Origin: a virus | Lineage: Duplodnaviria; Caudoviricetes | Direction: 5' to 3' (one strand) | Length of the DNA: 50,721 nt | IMG/VR virus record: IMGVR_UViG_3300028920_000094 | Coordinates: 1 to 50,721 of that record | Shown here: piece by piece, positions 28,931 to 37,904 of the stretch | How positions within the stretch are numbered: position 1 is the first letter of the stretch | Layout of the letters: each line of letters opens with the position of its first letter | The notes under the pieces: generated by a model | Seen by the model: the letters and a program-made list of their open reading frames with translations, nothing else | What the model was told of the DNA's origin: nothing | The model's database searches: none | Translations under genes and position numbers: made by a program

Positions 28931-29186
28931 GCCTGTGGCCGTGAGCCTGGCGGAGGTGGCGGAGGTGGTGCGGCGCGTGGTGCGCGAGGAGCTGGGCCGC
29001 CTGCCCGGGGAGTGGCTGAGCCTGCGGCAGGTGGCGGAGCACATGGGCGTGTCGCCGCGCTACATCAGGCAGCTCCGCAGCCGGGCCGAGCTGCCCGAGC
29101 CCGCACGGCCCAGCAGCCTGGGCACGGTGCTGAGGTGGCGGCGTCGCGACATCGATGCCTGGCTCGAAAATCGGAAGGGGATGTGA
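28923..29186 (+). CDS. xis: Excisionase / AlpA-like HTH protein
   Basis: WLSLRQVAEHMGVSPRYI...LPEP...RWRRRDIDAWL, directly upstream of the integrase. Confidence 0.8.
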   Translation: MSEPVAVSLAEVAEVVRRVVREELGRLPGEWLSLRQVAEHMGVSPRYIRQLRSRAELPEPARPSSLGTVLRWRRRDIDAWLENRKGM

Positions 29187-29271
29187 TGTTGCGAAAGCTT
29201 GATCAGTCGGGCGAAACCCCCTATGATAGGGAGCACCGGCCAGCACCCGGCACACAACCAGAGAGGAGCGT

Positions 29272-30507
29272 GTGATGGGGTATCTCGCCCGACGGCGGCG
29301 GCGTGGCCCGGATGGGCAGGTGCACGTCGACAGGAAATGGACGGCGTTCTGGCGCGACTGCCGGGGACGCCTGCACTCCGAGGCGGCCTACACGGATAAG
29401 GCATCGAGCAAGGCGCTGCTGGCCAAACGCGAGCAGGAGGCGAGGGAGGGGCGGGAGGAGTTCGGCGATCCGTTCCGCAAGTGGCGGCGTGTGCCCCTCA
29501 AGGTGCACACACAAGACTTCCTGACACATCTCGCGGCGAATGGTGTGGGCGAGGCCCACCGGGCGCACCTGGGGCAACACCTGCGGATGGCGTTCAAGGC
29601 GATGGGTGCGCGGTTCGAGGAGGAGCTGAGCCGGAACAAGGTGGAGGCGTGCCTGCTGGAGATGGTGGAGGGGGGCGGGCTGCGGTGGTCGACGCGGAAT
29701 CACAGGCTCGCGGCCATCAGCCAGTTGCTCAGGTGGGGCGTCGAGGAGGGCAGGTGGCGGTCGAACTGTGCGGAGACCATCAAGCGGCTCAAGGCCGTGG
29801 CCGACCCGGGCCGGCGGCAGCGGAGACCCCTGACGGCGGAGGAACTCGAGCGGCTGATCGTGGCGGCCAGGGAGCGGCCCGTCGTGCGGTATGCGGCGAC
29901 GCATCCGGATGCCACGGAGTGGGAGTTGGCGAGGCTGCGGCTGCTCGGCGTGCAGCGGATGTGCCTCTACACCGTCGCGGCGCTGGCAGGTCTCCGACGC
30001 AAGGAGTTGAAGGCGCTGCGGTGGGTGGACGTGCGGCTGGATGGGGGGCGTGTGCCGTGCCTGGTGGTGCGGGCGCAGGTGAGCAAGGGGAGGCGGGAGG
30101 ACATCGTGGAGCTCGCTCCCGCGGCGGTGGCTGCGTTGCGGGAGTGGAGGGAGGTGGCGGCGGCCTACTACAAGGTGGCCATCGAGCCGACGAGCAAGAT
30201 CTACGATTGCGTGACGCACGGGGCGTTGCCTGCCCTGCGGGCGGACTGCGAATATGCGGGCGTGCCCGTGGAGACGGCCGATGGGATCGTCGACCTGCAC
30301 TCGCTGCGGCACACCACCTGCACGCTGCTGTGCCGTGCGGGCGTGCCCGTGCACACGGCCCAACACGTGATGCGGCATAGGGATGCGAGGACGACGCTCG
30401 GTGTCTACGCCCACGTGCAGGCTCAGGACAGGGCCGATGCGGTGGCGAGGCTGCCGCTGCTCGGCCTCGTCGCCGGCCAGCAATCGGCGCGTGAGAGGGA
30501 GCAGTGA
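29272..30507 (+). CDS. int: Tyrosine integrase
   Basis: Catalytic R-K-HxxR-H-Y: GLRRKEL, SKG, HSLRH, MRH...GVY. Confidence 0.95.
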   Translation: MMGYLARRRRRGPDGQVHVDRKWTAFWRDCRGRLHSEAAYTDKASSKALLAKREQEAREGREEFGDPFRKWRRVPLKVHTQDFLTHLAANGVGEAHRAHLGQHLRMAFKAMGARFEEELSRNKVEACLLEMVEGGGLRWSTRNHRLAAISQLLRWGVEEGRWRSNCAETIKRLKAVADPGRRQRRPLTAEELERLIVAARERPVVRYAATHPDATEWELARLRLLGVQRMCLYTVAALAGLRRKELKALRWVDVRLDGGRVPCLVVRAQVSKGRREDIVELAPAAVAALREWREVAAAYYKVAIEPTSKIYDCVTHGALPALRADCEYAGVPVETADGIVDLHSLRHTTCTLLCRAGVPVHTAQHVMRHRDARTTLGVYAHVQAQDRADAVARLPLLGLVAGQQSAREREQ

Positions 30508-30520
30508 TGGACACCCTTAC

Positions 30521-30785
30521 TGGCCCAGTAGTTGGCCCAGTGGCAGCCGTGCCCCAATATGCCCCGCCATGCCGCATCGGCGTGGTAGTGCGGCCTGTGC
30601 ACAGGGGGCAAGTGCAGCCAGGGACACCGCATGGGCTGCCCCGTGCACCACGATGCACCCGTGTGCACAGTGCAGAGGGAGTGGGCCTAGAAGGACTCGA
30701 ACCTGCTGCCTGCAATGCCGTAACTGTATGTAGCACAATCGCTTACAGAACTCACTTACCCAAATGGCATGCACATTGGACCAGT
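30521..30785. other. attP region with tRNA-derived core at 30681-30704 (minus strand)
   Basis: The reverse complement AGGTTCGAGTCCTTCTAGGCCCAC is a T-loop plus acceptor 3' strand. Arm-like repeats TGGCCCAGT (30521, 30533) and TGGACCAGT (30777) flank it. Confidence 0.8.
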
Positions 30786-30912
30786 GCGGAAGAGGATGGG
30801 GGCAATCTGTTTCCGCTCTGGCCCGCCGCCGAACGGCACCGATCCCGTCCACAGCACCGCCATGTTGCCTTGAATCGCCCCAACCGCCACACCCCGCCAC
30901 AGGAAATGGTGC

Positions 30913-30919
30913 GGGTCCT
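30913..30919 (+). other. cosQ-like motif
   Basis: GGGTCCT, identical to lambda cosQ, about 95 nt upstream of terS. Confidence 0.5.
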
Positions 30920-31012
30920 CCGCGGGGGGGTGAGGTGCGTGGTGAAGGTATGGCGGGGGGAGGCATTTTTTGCGCGCGCGAACGCCTGTTTCCTGTCCGC
31001 TGGGGAGTGGCA

Positions 31013-31474
31013 ATGAAATCTGAGCACCTCCTACCCACCCAAAAGGCGGTCGCTGCCCACTACGCGGTGACTAGCCGCACGGTGCGAAACTGGCGCGCCG
31101 CGGGGATGCCCGTGCGCGAGGACGGCCACTACGACATCCGCGCCATCGACGCCTGGCTCCGCATCCGCGATGTCCCCGGCGGCTCCGACCTCAAGCTCCT
31201 CGGCGACGAGGCGCAGCTCGAGTACCGCCGCACAAAGACCGCACTCCTCAAGTTGCAGCTCGCCGTCAAGGAGGGTGAGCTCATCCGCCGCGAGGACGTG
31301 GACGCCCGCCGCGCACGCCAACTCGCCGCCGTCAAATCCGCCCTCCTCCGCATCCCGCGCGACGTATCCGTCCGCCTCCTCGGCCTCACCCGCGTCGACA
31401 TCGAACGCATCCTCACGCAATCGATCCGTGAAGCCATCGAGCACTTGGCCAATGGCCGCAACGCCACAACCTGA
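31013..31474 (+). CDS. terS: Terminase small subunit (Nu1-like)
   Basis: N-terminal HTH (VTSRTVRNWRAAGMP), coiled coil, overlaps terL. Confidence 0.85.
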   Translation: MKSEHLLPTQKAVAAHYAVTSRTVRNWRAAGMPVREDGHYDIRAIDAWLRIRDVPGGSDLKLLGDEAQLEYRRTKTALLKLQLAVKEGELIRREDVDARRARQLAAVKSALLRIPRDVSVRLLGLTRVDIERILTQSIREAIEHLANGRNATT

Positions 31475-33524
31475 CCTCTTCTCGCCCATCGAACTCGAGG
31501 CCCTCAGGCTCGACGAGGAACTCACCATCCCCGAGTGGATGGACCGCTACCTCTATCTCCCCCGCGAGGACCACCCGCAGGCCGGCCCGTACCACACAAA
31601 CCGCACACCCTACGCCCGCGGCATCGGCGAAACCATCTCCGACCCCACCACCACCATCATCGACTGGGTCGCATCCCGCCAGGTCGGCAAAACCGTAATG
31701 ATGACAGGCGTCGACGGCTTCTACTGCGACCAACAACCCACCCCCATCCTCCACACCATGCCCACCGAGGACGCCGTCAAGGCCTACGCCGACAACCGAT
31801 TCCGCCACCACGTCGAGCAGTCCGAGGGATTCCAGCGCAACGTCCCCGCCTCCCGCAACGCCATGCGCGGGATGATCAAGCAATTCGTCTCCAACTCCCT
31901 CTACTTCGCCTGGGCGGGCTCCATCGCCAGCGTCGTCTCCACCCCCATCGGCGTCTGCATCCTCGACGAGCTCGACCTCTACCCCGCATCCGCCGAAGGC
32001 CAGGTCGACCCCGCCGAAGCCGCCATCGAGACCACGACCAACTTCCCCGGGCGCAAAATCATCCGCGCCTCCACCCCATCCCTCGCATCCACCGGCATCT
32101 GGCAAGCCTTCCTCACCAGCCTCCAACACCTCTTCTTCGTCCCCTGCCCCCACTGCGGCCGCTACCAGGTCCTCACCTTCCGAGGCACCCGCGAGGGCAA
32201 GGACGCCGAGCGCCTCGGCGAACACTACGGCGTCACCTGGCCCGCCGACTGCCGCGACCGACACCGCATCGCCGCAGAGCAGCTCGCGTGGTACGAATGC
32301 CGCTACTGCGCAGGTCGCATCCCAAACCACCAAAAGCCCTGGCTCCTCCTCCGCGGCCTCTGGCTCCCCATCATCCAGGATAGGAAAAACCCGTATGCCT
32401 GGGACGACACCCTTGCCCAGGAATTCCTCTCCCTCTACGCCAAGCCCATCGCCGACGCCTGCGCCAGCGACACCCCCTCCGCCATCCTCGGCGGCCGCAC
32501 CGCGCACCATGCCCGCCGCCTCCTCGACCCCGACGGCACCATCGAATGGGCCGACCCCTGGTCCACCCACGTCGGATTCCGCCTCGACGGCCTCTACTCG
32601 CCCTTCGACGGACGGTCATGGTGGGCATTCGCCGCCAAGTTCCTCGAGACCAAAGAATTCCCCATCCAGCTCAAAGTCTTCCGCCAGCACTGGCAGGGCC
32701 TCCCCTGGCTCCAGAAAACCATCGAACTCTCCGACGAGCTGCTCCGAAAATACATCGGCACCCACACCATGGGCGTCGTGCCCAAGGGCACCCGCGTCCT
32801 CACCGCAGGCGTCGACGTACACGACTACCGATACGTCCTCGGCGTCTACGGCTGGGGCGACGACGACCGCCTCCCCCTCATCTACTGCACCGAGGTCGAC
32901 ACCTGGGACGCCGTGGTCGAAGTCCTCTTCCGCTCCGCATGGTCCATCGAACAGGCCACACCAGACACACTCCACGTCACCATGGCCTTCGTCGACACAG
33001 GCTGGAACACCGCGGTCGAATACGACCACGTCCGCGAGTGGCCCGACCGCTGCCGAGCCATCAAAGGGGTGACGGGCACCGCCATGGCCGGAGCCCCCTG
33101 GCGCATCCGCAAAATCGAGCACAGCCCCCACACAGGCAAACCCTACCCCGGCGGCCTCCCCCTCGTCCTACTCAACGTCGATATGCTCAAGGACGAGCTC
33201 GTCCTCCGCCGCCTCACCGTCGACCCTGGCCAGCCCGGCAGCGTCATCTTCCCCGTCGACGTCCCGGACTGGTGGCTCGCCGGCCTCACCGCCGAGCAGA
33301 AAGTGCCGCACGTCAACCGCCGCACAGGCCAGGCCACCGAAGAATGGATCGTCGTCGACGGGAAACCGAACCACCCCCTCGACGCCACGGTCTACGGTTT
33401 GGCCGCAGGGAACTTCATCGGCGCCACCCGCCTCCGCCCCGGCACCCAGCCCCCCCGACAGACCCACCACGCACGCACCCGCCGCCCCTGGCACGGCGTC
33501 CGAAAGCAAAAGAGGAGACGATGA
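31452..33524 (+). CDS. terL: Terminase large subunit (GpA family)
   Basis: RTPY, SRQVGKT, ILDELD, PCPHCG, TAGVDV and NHPLD motifs. Confidence 0.95.
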   Translation: MAATPQPDLFSPIELEALRLDEELTIPEWMDRYLYLPREDHPQAGPYHTNRTPYARGIGETISDPTTTIIDWVASRQVGKTVMMTGVDGFYCDQQPTPILHTMPTEDAVKAYADNRFRHHVEQSEGFQRNVPASRNAMRGMIKQFVSNSLYFAWAGSIASVVSTPIGVCILDELDLYPASAEGQVDPAEAAIETTTNFPGRKIIRASTPSLASTGIWQAFLTSLQHLFFVPCPHCGRYQVLTFRGTREGKDAERLGEHYGVTWPADCRDRHRIAAEQLAWYECRYCAGRIPNHQKPWLLLRGLWLPIIQDRKNPYAWDDTLAQEFLSLYAKPIADACASDTPSAILGGRTAHHARRLLDPDGTIEWADPWSTHVGFRLDGLYSPFDGRSWWAFAAKFLETKEFPIQLKVFRQHWQGLPWLQKTIELSDELLRKYIGTHTMGVVPKGTRVLTAGVDVHDYRYVLGVYGWGDDDRLPLIYCTEVDTWDAVVEVLFRSAWSIEQATPDTLHVTMAFVDTGWNTAVEYDHVREWPDRCRAIKGVTGTAMAGAPWRIRKIEHSPHTGKPYPGGLPLVLLNVDMLKDELVLRRLTVDPGQPGSVIFPVDVPDWWLAGLTAEQKVPHVNRRTGQATEEWIVVDGKPNHPLDATVYGLAAGNFIGATRLRPGTQPPRQTHHARTRRPWHGVRKQKRRR

Positions 33525-34108
33525 TGGCACGCACAGCCAAGCCGTGCCCAGGATGCGGATGGCGACCCCTCTCGAATGGCCCGTGGCGCGAAGCCGGCAA
33601 GGTCTGCGACAACTGCGCGGCACTCATCGAGGAAGCCCTCGACCGCCGCAAGGAACTCGCCTGCCCAGGGGACACCGACGCCGTGGTCGCCAACTACGAC
33701 ACCCCACGCTTCCCCCACGTCCACTTCGATGAGGGCGAACGGCTCACCGACGCAATGATGGACACACTCCGAGCCGTCGGCGACATCCTGTGGCTCGGGT
33801 CCATGAATCCACGCACGATCGTCTACGAGGACCGCATCGATACAGACGCCGAGATCCCCGAGCCCGAATCCAACTACGGCCACGTCCTCTTTGACCGCCA
33901 CTACCGCACCCTGCGATCCCGATCTACGGGGCAGGTCGCCCTCCCCCGCAACGTCGCCGACGCACTCCACAACCTCTTCGACGAAATGGTCGTCGCCCTC
34001 CACCGTGCCGAGGCCGAAGGATGGCAGCGCGGACGCTCCGCACTCCTCGGCCTCGCACAAGGCGACCTCACGCTCAACGACTTCGAGCAAGGCAGCACCC
34101 CCCCGTGA
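33521..34108 (+). CDS. Hypothetical protein with N-terminal Zn finger
   Basis: RBS GAGGAG; CPGC...CDNC. Confidence 0.65.
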   Translation: MMARTAKPCPGCGWRPLSNGPWREAGKVCDNCAALIEEALDRRKELACPGDTDAVVANYDTPRFPHVHFDEGERLTDAMMDTLRAVGDILWLGSMNPRTIVYEDRIDTDAEIPEPESNYGHVLFDRHYRTLRSRSTGQVALPRNVADALHNLFDEMVVALHRAEAEGWQRGRSALLGLAQGDLTLNDFEQGSTPP

Positions 34109-34125
34109 AACAAAAGGAGGACGCA

Positions 34126-35043
34126 TTGAATGGCCTGGCTCTATGTGCCGGCGTGTCGGGGCTCGAGCTCGGTCTACGGCGCGCACTCGGAAACGCATAC
34201 CACACCGTCTGCCACGTGGAGAGGGAAGCCTACGCCGCGGCGGTTCTGGCCGCGCGTATGGAGGACGGCTGCCTGGAGCCTGCGCCTGTTTGGGACGATC
34301 TCGCGACCTTCGATGGCCGCTTCTGGCGTGGCACGGTGGATATCGTCTCTGCGGGATTCCCGTGCCAACCCTGGAGCTGCGCAGGCCGACGCCTCGGCCA
34401 GGCCGACGCCCGATGGCTCTGGGACCCCATCTGGAGATGCCTTCGCGACGTTCGACCCGCACTCGTCCTCCTGGAAAACGTCCCGGGACTTATTCGGGGC
34501 GGCCTCGACCCTGTCCTCGGCCGACTGGCCAGCCTCGGGTTCGATGCGGAGTGGGACGTGTTTTCGGCGGCCGCGAGCGGAGCCCCCCACCGCCGCCGCC
34601 GCATCCTCATCCTCGCTGCCCACACCGCAAGGATACAGCTTTGCCGACAGCCACCAGCCAGGCATCACCAGGCTCGACATCGCCATCAGGTGGCCGACGC
34701 CGCGAGTGCTCGACAGCCGCAACGTCCCCTACCAGCAGCACCCCCGCAAGCAGGGCCACCGGTGGCCGACCCTGTGCGGCGCGGTGAAGTGGCCGACGCC
34801 CGCGGCCCGAGACTGGCGGAGCGGCAAGGCCAGCCCTGCCACACACGCCCGCAACTCCCGCCCACTCTCCGAGGTGGCAGCAGCGGCTGGTGGGCTGCTG
34901 AACCCGACGTGGGTCGAGTGGCTGATGGGGTGGCCCATCGGGTGGACAGACTGCGCGCATGCGGCAACGGAGTCGTTCCGCAGATGGTCGCTCGGGCTCT
35001 CCCCATCCTCATCCACCGATTGACCAGCGAAAGGACCCGATGA
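34126..35043 (+). CDS. C5-cytosine DNA methyltransferase (main chain)
   Basis: RBS AAGGAGG with TTG start; motif I CAGVSG, IV GFPCQ, VI ENV, VIII PHRRRR, X GNGVVP. Confidence 0.9.
   Translation: MNGLALCAGVSGLELGLRRALGNAYHTVCHVEREAYAAAVLAARMEDGCLEPAPVWDDLATFDGRFWRGTVDIVSAGFPCQPWSCAGRRLGQADARWLWDPIWRCLRDVRPALVLLENVPGLIRGGLDPVLGRLASLGFDAEWDVFSAAASGAPHRRRRILILAAHTARIQLCRQPPARHHQARHRHQVADAASARQPQRPLPAAPPQAGPPVADPVRRGEVADARGPRLAERQGQPCHTRPQLPPTLRGGSSGWWAAEPDVGRVADGVAHRVDRLRACGNGVVPQMVARALPILIHRLTSERTR
34130..35023 (+). CDS. Overlapping +1-frame ORF, possible second chain of the C5-methyltransferase
   Basis: 297 aa without a stop; WPTP repeats and motif-IX-like LNPTWVEWLMGWP. Confidence 0.6.
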   Translation: MAWLYVPACRGSSSVYGAHSETHTTPSATWRGKPTPRRFWPRVWRTAAWSLRLFGTISRPSMAASGVARWISSLRDSRANPGAAQADASARPTPDGSGTPSGDAFATFDPHSSSWKTSRDLFGAASTLSSADWPASGSMRSGTCFRRPRAEPPTAAAASSSSLPTPQGYSFADSHQPGITRLDIAIRWPTPRVLDSRNVPYQQHPRKQGHRWPTLCGAVKWPTPAARDWRSGKASPATHARNSRPLSEVAAAAGGLLNPTWVEWLMGWPIGWTDCAHAATESFRRWSLGLSPSSSTD

Positions 35044-35399
35044 TGCCCCACGAGCCGTTCAAAATGCAGGGAGCCCCCCTCGACTGGAATGCCACCACCA
35101 CAGCGTGTGCCCCCGTCACCATGGAAGACCTCGACCGCGTGGCAGAACTCATCAACGCCTGCCCCGATCCCGATGAGGTCAGGGCACAAGTCGCAGCCTT
35201 CGTCGCCGAGTGCGACGGACGCAAGCTGGTCATCGTCGAGGTCGACAGCATCATCCACATGGTCATCACCCGCGACCAGGACGGCACCCGCTACGTCGTC
35301 CGCCAGCGCGACCCCATGTCCACACCCTTCCCAAACCTCATCAACCACGAGCCGACGCACTTCCTCCGCATCGGCGAGGACACAGCCCCCCTCCCCTGA
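35040..35399 (+). CDS. Hypothetical protein
   Basis: ATGA overlap; RBS AAGGA. Confidence 0.6.
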   Translation: MMPHEPFKMQGAPLDWNATTTACAPVTMEDLDRVAELINACPDPDEVRAQVAAFVAECDGRKLVIVEVDSIIHMVITRDQDGTRYVVRQRDPMSTPFPNLINHEPTHFLRIGEDTAPLP

Positions 35400-35411
35400 A
35401 AGGACGCCCGA

Positions 35412-36539
35412 ATGAACAAGGTCACCGACCTCATGCTCCTCCCCCGTGCCTCCGACGGATGGCTCATGGGCGAAGAATGCTGCTGGCAGCGAAAGTCGCC
35501 ATGGACCCCCTTCTTGCCCCTCATCGCCGCCTCGGCCTGGGGGATCCCCATCGAGCCCTGGGACGTCGACGGCGACCAACAGGCCGCCGCCGACCTCAAC
35601 CACACCATGGTATTCTCCGCCAGCTTCGCCGACGAGCTCGAAGCCTCCCTCGCCCGAATCCCACACGCATCCCTCATCCCCAACCCCGCATGTGCCTTCG
35701 AGCACCTCGCACGCCGAATCCCACACCACTCCACCGTCCTGCCCAACGCATTCTACCGCGACACCCCGCTCGACCTCTCCCTCATCCCCGACGACCTCTG
35801 GCCCACCTTCACCCACATCCTCTACCAGGTCAGCACAGGATGCCCCTGGCACTGCCCGTTCTGCGTGTGGCAAAACAGCCTCCACAAACGCCCGCCCGCC
35901 CTCTGCGTCCGCGAAATCGACGCCCTGCTCGAGCGCGTCCCCGCCGCCGCCGCCGACACCTCGGGCAACTCCATCTCCATCCTCGCCAACGAGCTCAGCG
36001 GCCGCCCCCGATGGCTCGCCGAGTTCGCAGCAGGGATGCACGACCTCCATGTCGCCTGGCGCACCGACCTCAACATCCGAAACACTACCGAGCGCACCAT
36101 CGCAACCCTCGCCTGTGCAGGCTGCCGCCACGTCACCCTCGGCGTCGAGTTCCTCACCACCTCAATGCTCCACACGCTCGGCAAAGGCCACGACATCGAG
36201 GACGCCCTGCTCGTGATGGCCATGCTCCAGGCCGCAGGCATCGGCTACCACTTCAGCCTCCGCCAAGGCGTCGGCGAGACCGTCGCCGACCTCACGGAGA
36301 TGGGCGACAACCTCCAGTTCTTCGCGGCGGAGGGCATCCGCCCCGAATGGGTCCACGTCGGACACATGATCCAGTGGCAGGGCCAGACCTGGCTCGGCGA
36401 CACCCCGAAACGCAACATCGGCACCGAGGCCTGGCCCCGCCACACCGCTATCCTCGCCCCCGACATCCACGCCGCCTGGCAGAAGATCGTCGGCCTCCTC
36501 GCCACCCTCGGCTGGGCCAAAGCCCAGCGCGACGCGTGA
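35412..36539 (+). CDS. Radical SAM protein
   Basis: STGCPWHCPFC and AGCRHVTLGVE...LGKG motifs. Confidence 0.85.
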   Translation: MNKVTDLMLLPRASDGWLMGEECCWQRKSPWTPFLPLIAASAWGIPIEPWDVDGDQQAAADLNHTMVFSASFADELEASLARIPHASLIPNPACAFEHLARRIPHHSTVLPNAFYRDTPLDLSLIPDDLWPTFTHILYQVSTGCPWHCPFCVWQNSLHKRPPALCVREIDALLERVPAAAADTSGNSISILANELSGRPRWLAEFAAGMHDLHVAWRTDLNIRNTTERTIATLACAGCRHVTLGVEFLTTSMLHTLGKGHDIEDALLVMAMLQAAGIGYHFSLRQGVGETVADLTEMGDNLQFFAAEGIRPEWVHVGHMIQWQGQTWLGDTPKRNIGTEAWPRHTAILAPDIHAAWQKIVGLLATLGWAKAQRDA

Positions 36540-36563
36540 AACCCACGAAAGGAGCAGACGCAG

Positions 36564-36763
36564 ATGGCAGAACGTAAATTGCCCCAAGGCTGGTGCTGGC
36601 CTGGGTGTTCCCGAAAGGCGCACTACTTCGCCGAAGGCGCCCAGCGGTCCTATGTGGCAAGGTCGGGTTCTTCCTCGGCGAGCGCGAGGACACCGAGCAC
36701 GACAGCCCAGACAACTGCGCGGAGTGCAAGCGCCGTCGCATCAAGATGACGCGTGACGCATGA
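36564..36763 (+). pseudogene. Small Zn-binding protein with an apparent 1-nt frameshift near 36650
   Basis: RKAHYF...RS continues plausibly only in another frame, as LCGKVGFF...DNCAECKRR. Confidence 0.5.
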
Positions 36764-36894
36764 CGCGTGACGCGTGAAAGGCCGCCCATGCTCCCCCTCA
36801 TCAAGCTCCTGGCCGCCGTGGCGCTCGCCTGGGGCCTGATCACCGTCTTCGAGCGCCTCGCATACCGACCACCCACCAAACGGAGGAAACGCTG

Positions 36895-37344
36895 ATGGCC
36901 AAACGCAGGAAGCCCGACGCCCCGCCCACCGCCCCCGCCCTCACCCCCGCCCAGATCGTCGACAAGCTCACCCGCGACCACGACAGCCTCGTCGCCGAGC
37001 ACGCCCGCATCGCCGCCGACCTCAAGGCAGCCCAGGCCCACATCACCGAACTCGAAGCCGCCGACGCACACCGAGCCGAACTCGCCGACGCCGGACCCGA
37101 CGCCGTCCTCTCCCTCCCCTACCGCCAGCTCAAGCCCGGCGAGCCCATGCCCCGCGGCTACGCCTGGCAGGGACGCACCGCAGAGGTCGCACTCCGAGGC
37201 AGCCGCAAGCGCCGCCTCTACGCCGTCGCACGCGGCCTTCAGAAGGCCGACGCCACGGTCGACCTCAACGGCCGCAAGTGCAAAATCGTCCGGCCCGCCG
37301 ACGCCATCCTCTGGATCCTCGACCACCTCGAACTCCCTGCGTAG
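36895..37344 (+). CDS. Hypothetical protein
   Basis: RBS GGAGG; coiled coil. Confidence 0.65.
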   Translation: MAKRRKPDAPPTAPALTPAQIVDKLTRDHDSLVAEHARIAADLKAAQAHITELEAADAHRAELADAGPDAVLSLPYRQLKPGEPMPRGYAWQGRTAEVALRGSRKRRLYAVARGLQKADATVDLNGRKCKIVRPADAILWILDHLELPA

Positions 37345-37370
37345 GCCACCGAACACGAAAGGAGCATACC

Positions 37371-37649
37371 GTGAAGGTCGTCATCAACCTCTGCTTCGGC
37401 GGGTTCGGCCTGAGCCGAGCCGCGCGGCTCCGCTATGCCGCCATCAGCGGCCGCGAACTCCCCGAAGACGAGGACGAAATCGAGCGCACCGACCCCGCCC
37501 TCGTCCAAACCGTCGAGGAACTCGGCAGCGCCGCCAACGCAGCCTTCGCCAGGCTCACGATCGTCGACGTGCCCGACGGCGTGGACTGGGAGATCGAGAC
37601 AACCGACGGCCTGGAAGTGGTCGCCGAGCGCCACCGCACCTGGCCGTAG
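37371..37649 (+). CDS. Phage hypothetical protein
   Basis: RBS AAGGAG; KVVINLCFGGFGLS...RTDPALVQTVEELG. Confidence 0.7.
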   Translation: MKVVINLCFGGFGLSRAARLRYAAISGRELPEDEDEIERTDPALVQTVEELGSAANAAFARLTIVDVPDGVDWEIETTDGLEVVAERHRTWP

Positions 37650-37732
37650 ACCCCCTCGAACTCCCCAGTTAGTGCATAAAACGCAACGGGGGGGACTGTA
37701 GGCACTGTCGGCACATCCTATCCGCGTTTTAA

Positions 37733-37761
37733 TTGCGGCGGCCGAATCCATGTTGTAAAAT
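37733..37761 (+). promoter_or_regulatory. Candidate promoter for the head genes
   Basis: TTGCGG-N17-TAAAAT in an AT-richer intergenic gap. Confidence 0.5.
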
Positions 37762-37904
37762 GATTCCAGGGACAAATGAGGCGGCTTCACGCCGCGTGGC
37801 GCTCGGGGACGCCCGAGCCCCCCTCAAAACCTCTGAAGCAGGCCGTGCGGGGCCGCACACCCGGCACGGCCTGCTCCATGTCCCCCACACAGGAGCCCCA
37901 ACGC

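Noticed and set aside
30681-30704. tRNA gene
   Set aside because: Only the T-loop and acceptor 3' strand are present; interpreted as the attP core.
30504-31016. 170-aa ORF across attP
   Set aside because: Lacks the genome's codon bias and overlaps the att and cos signals.
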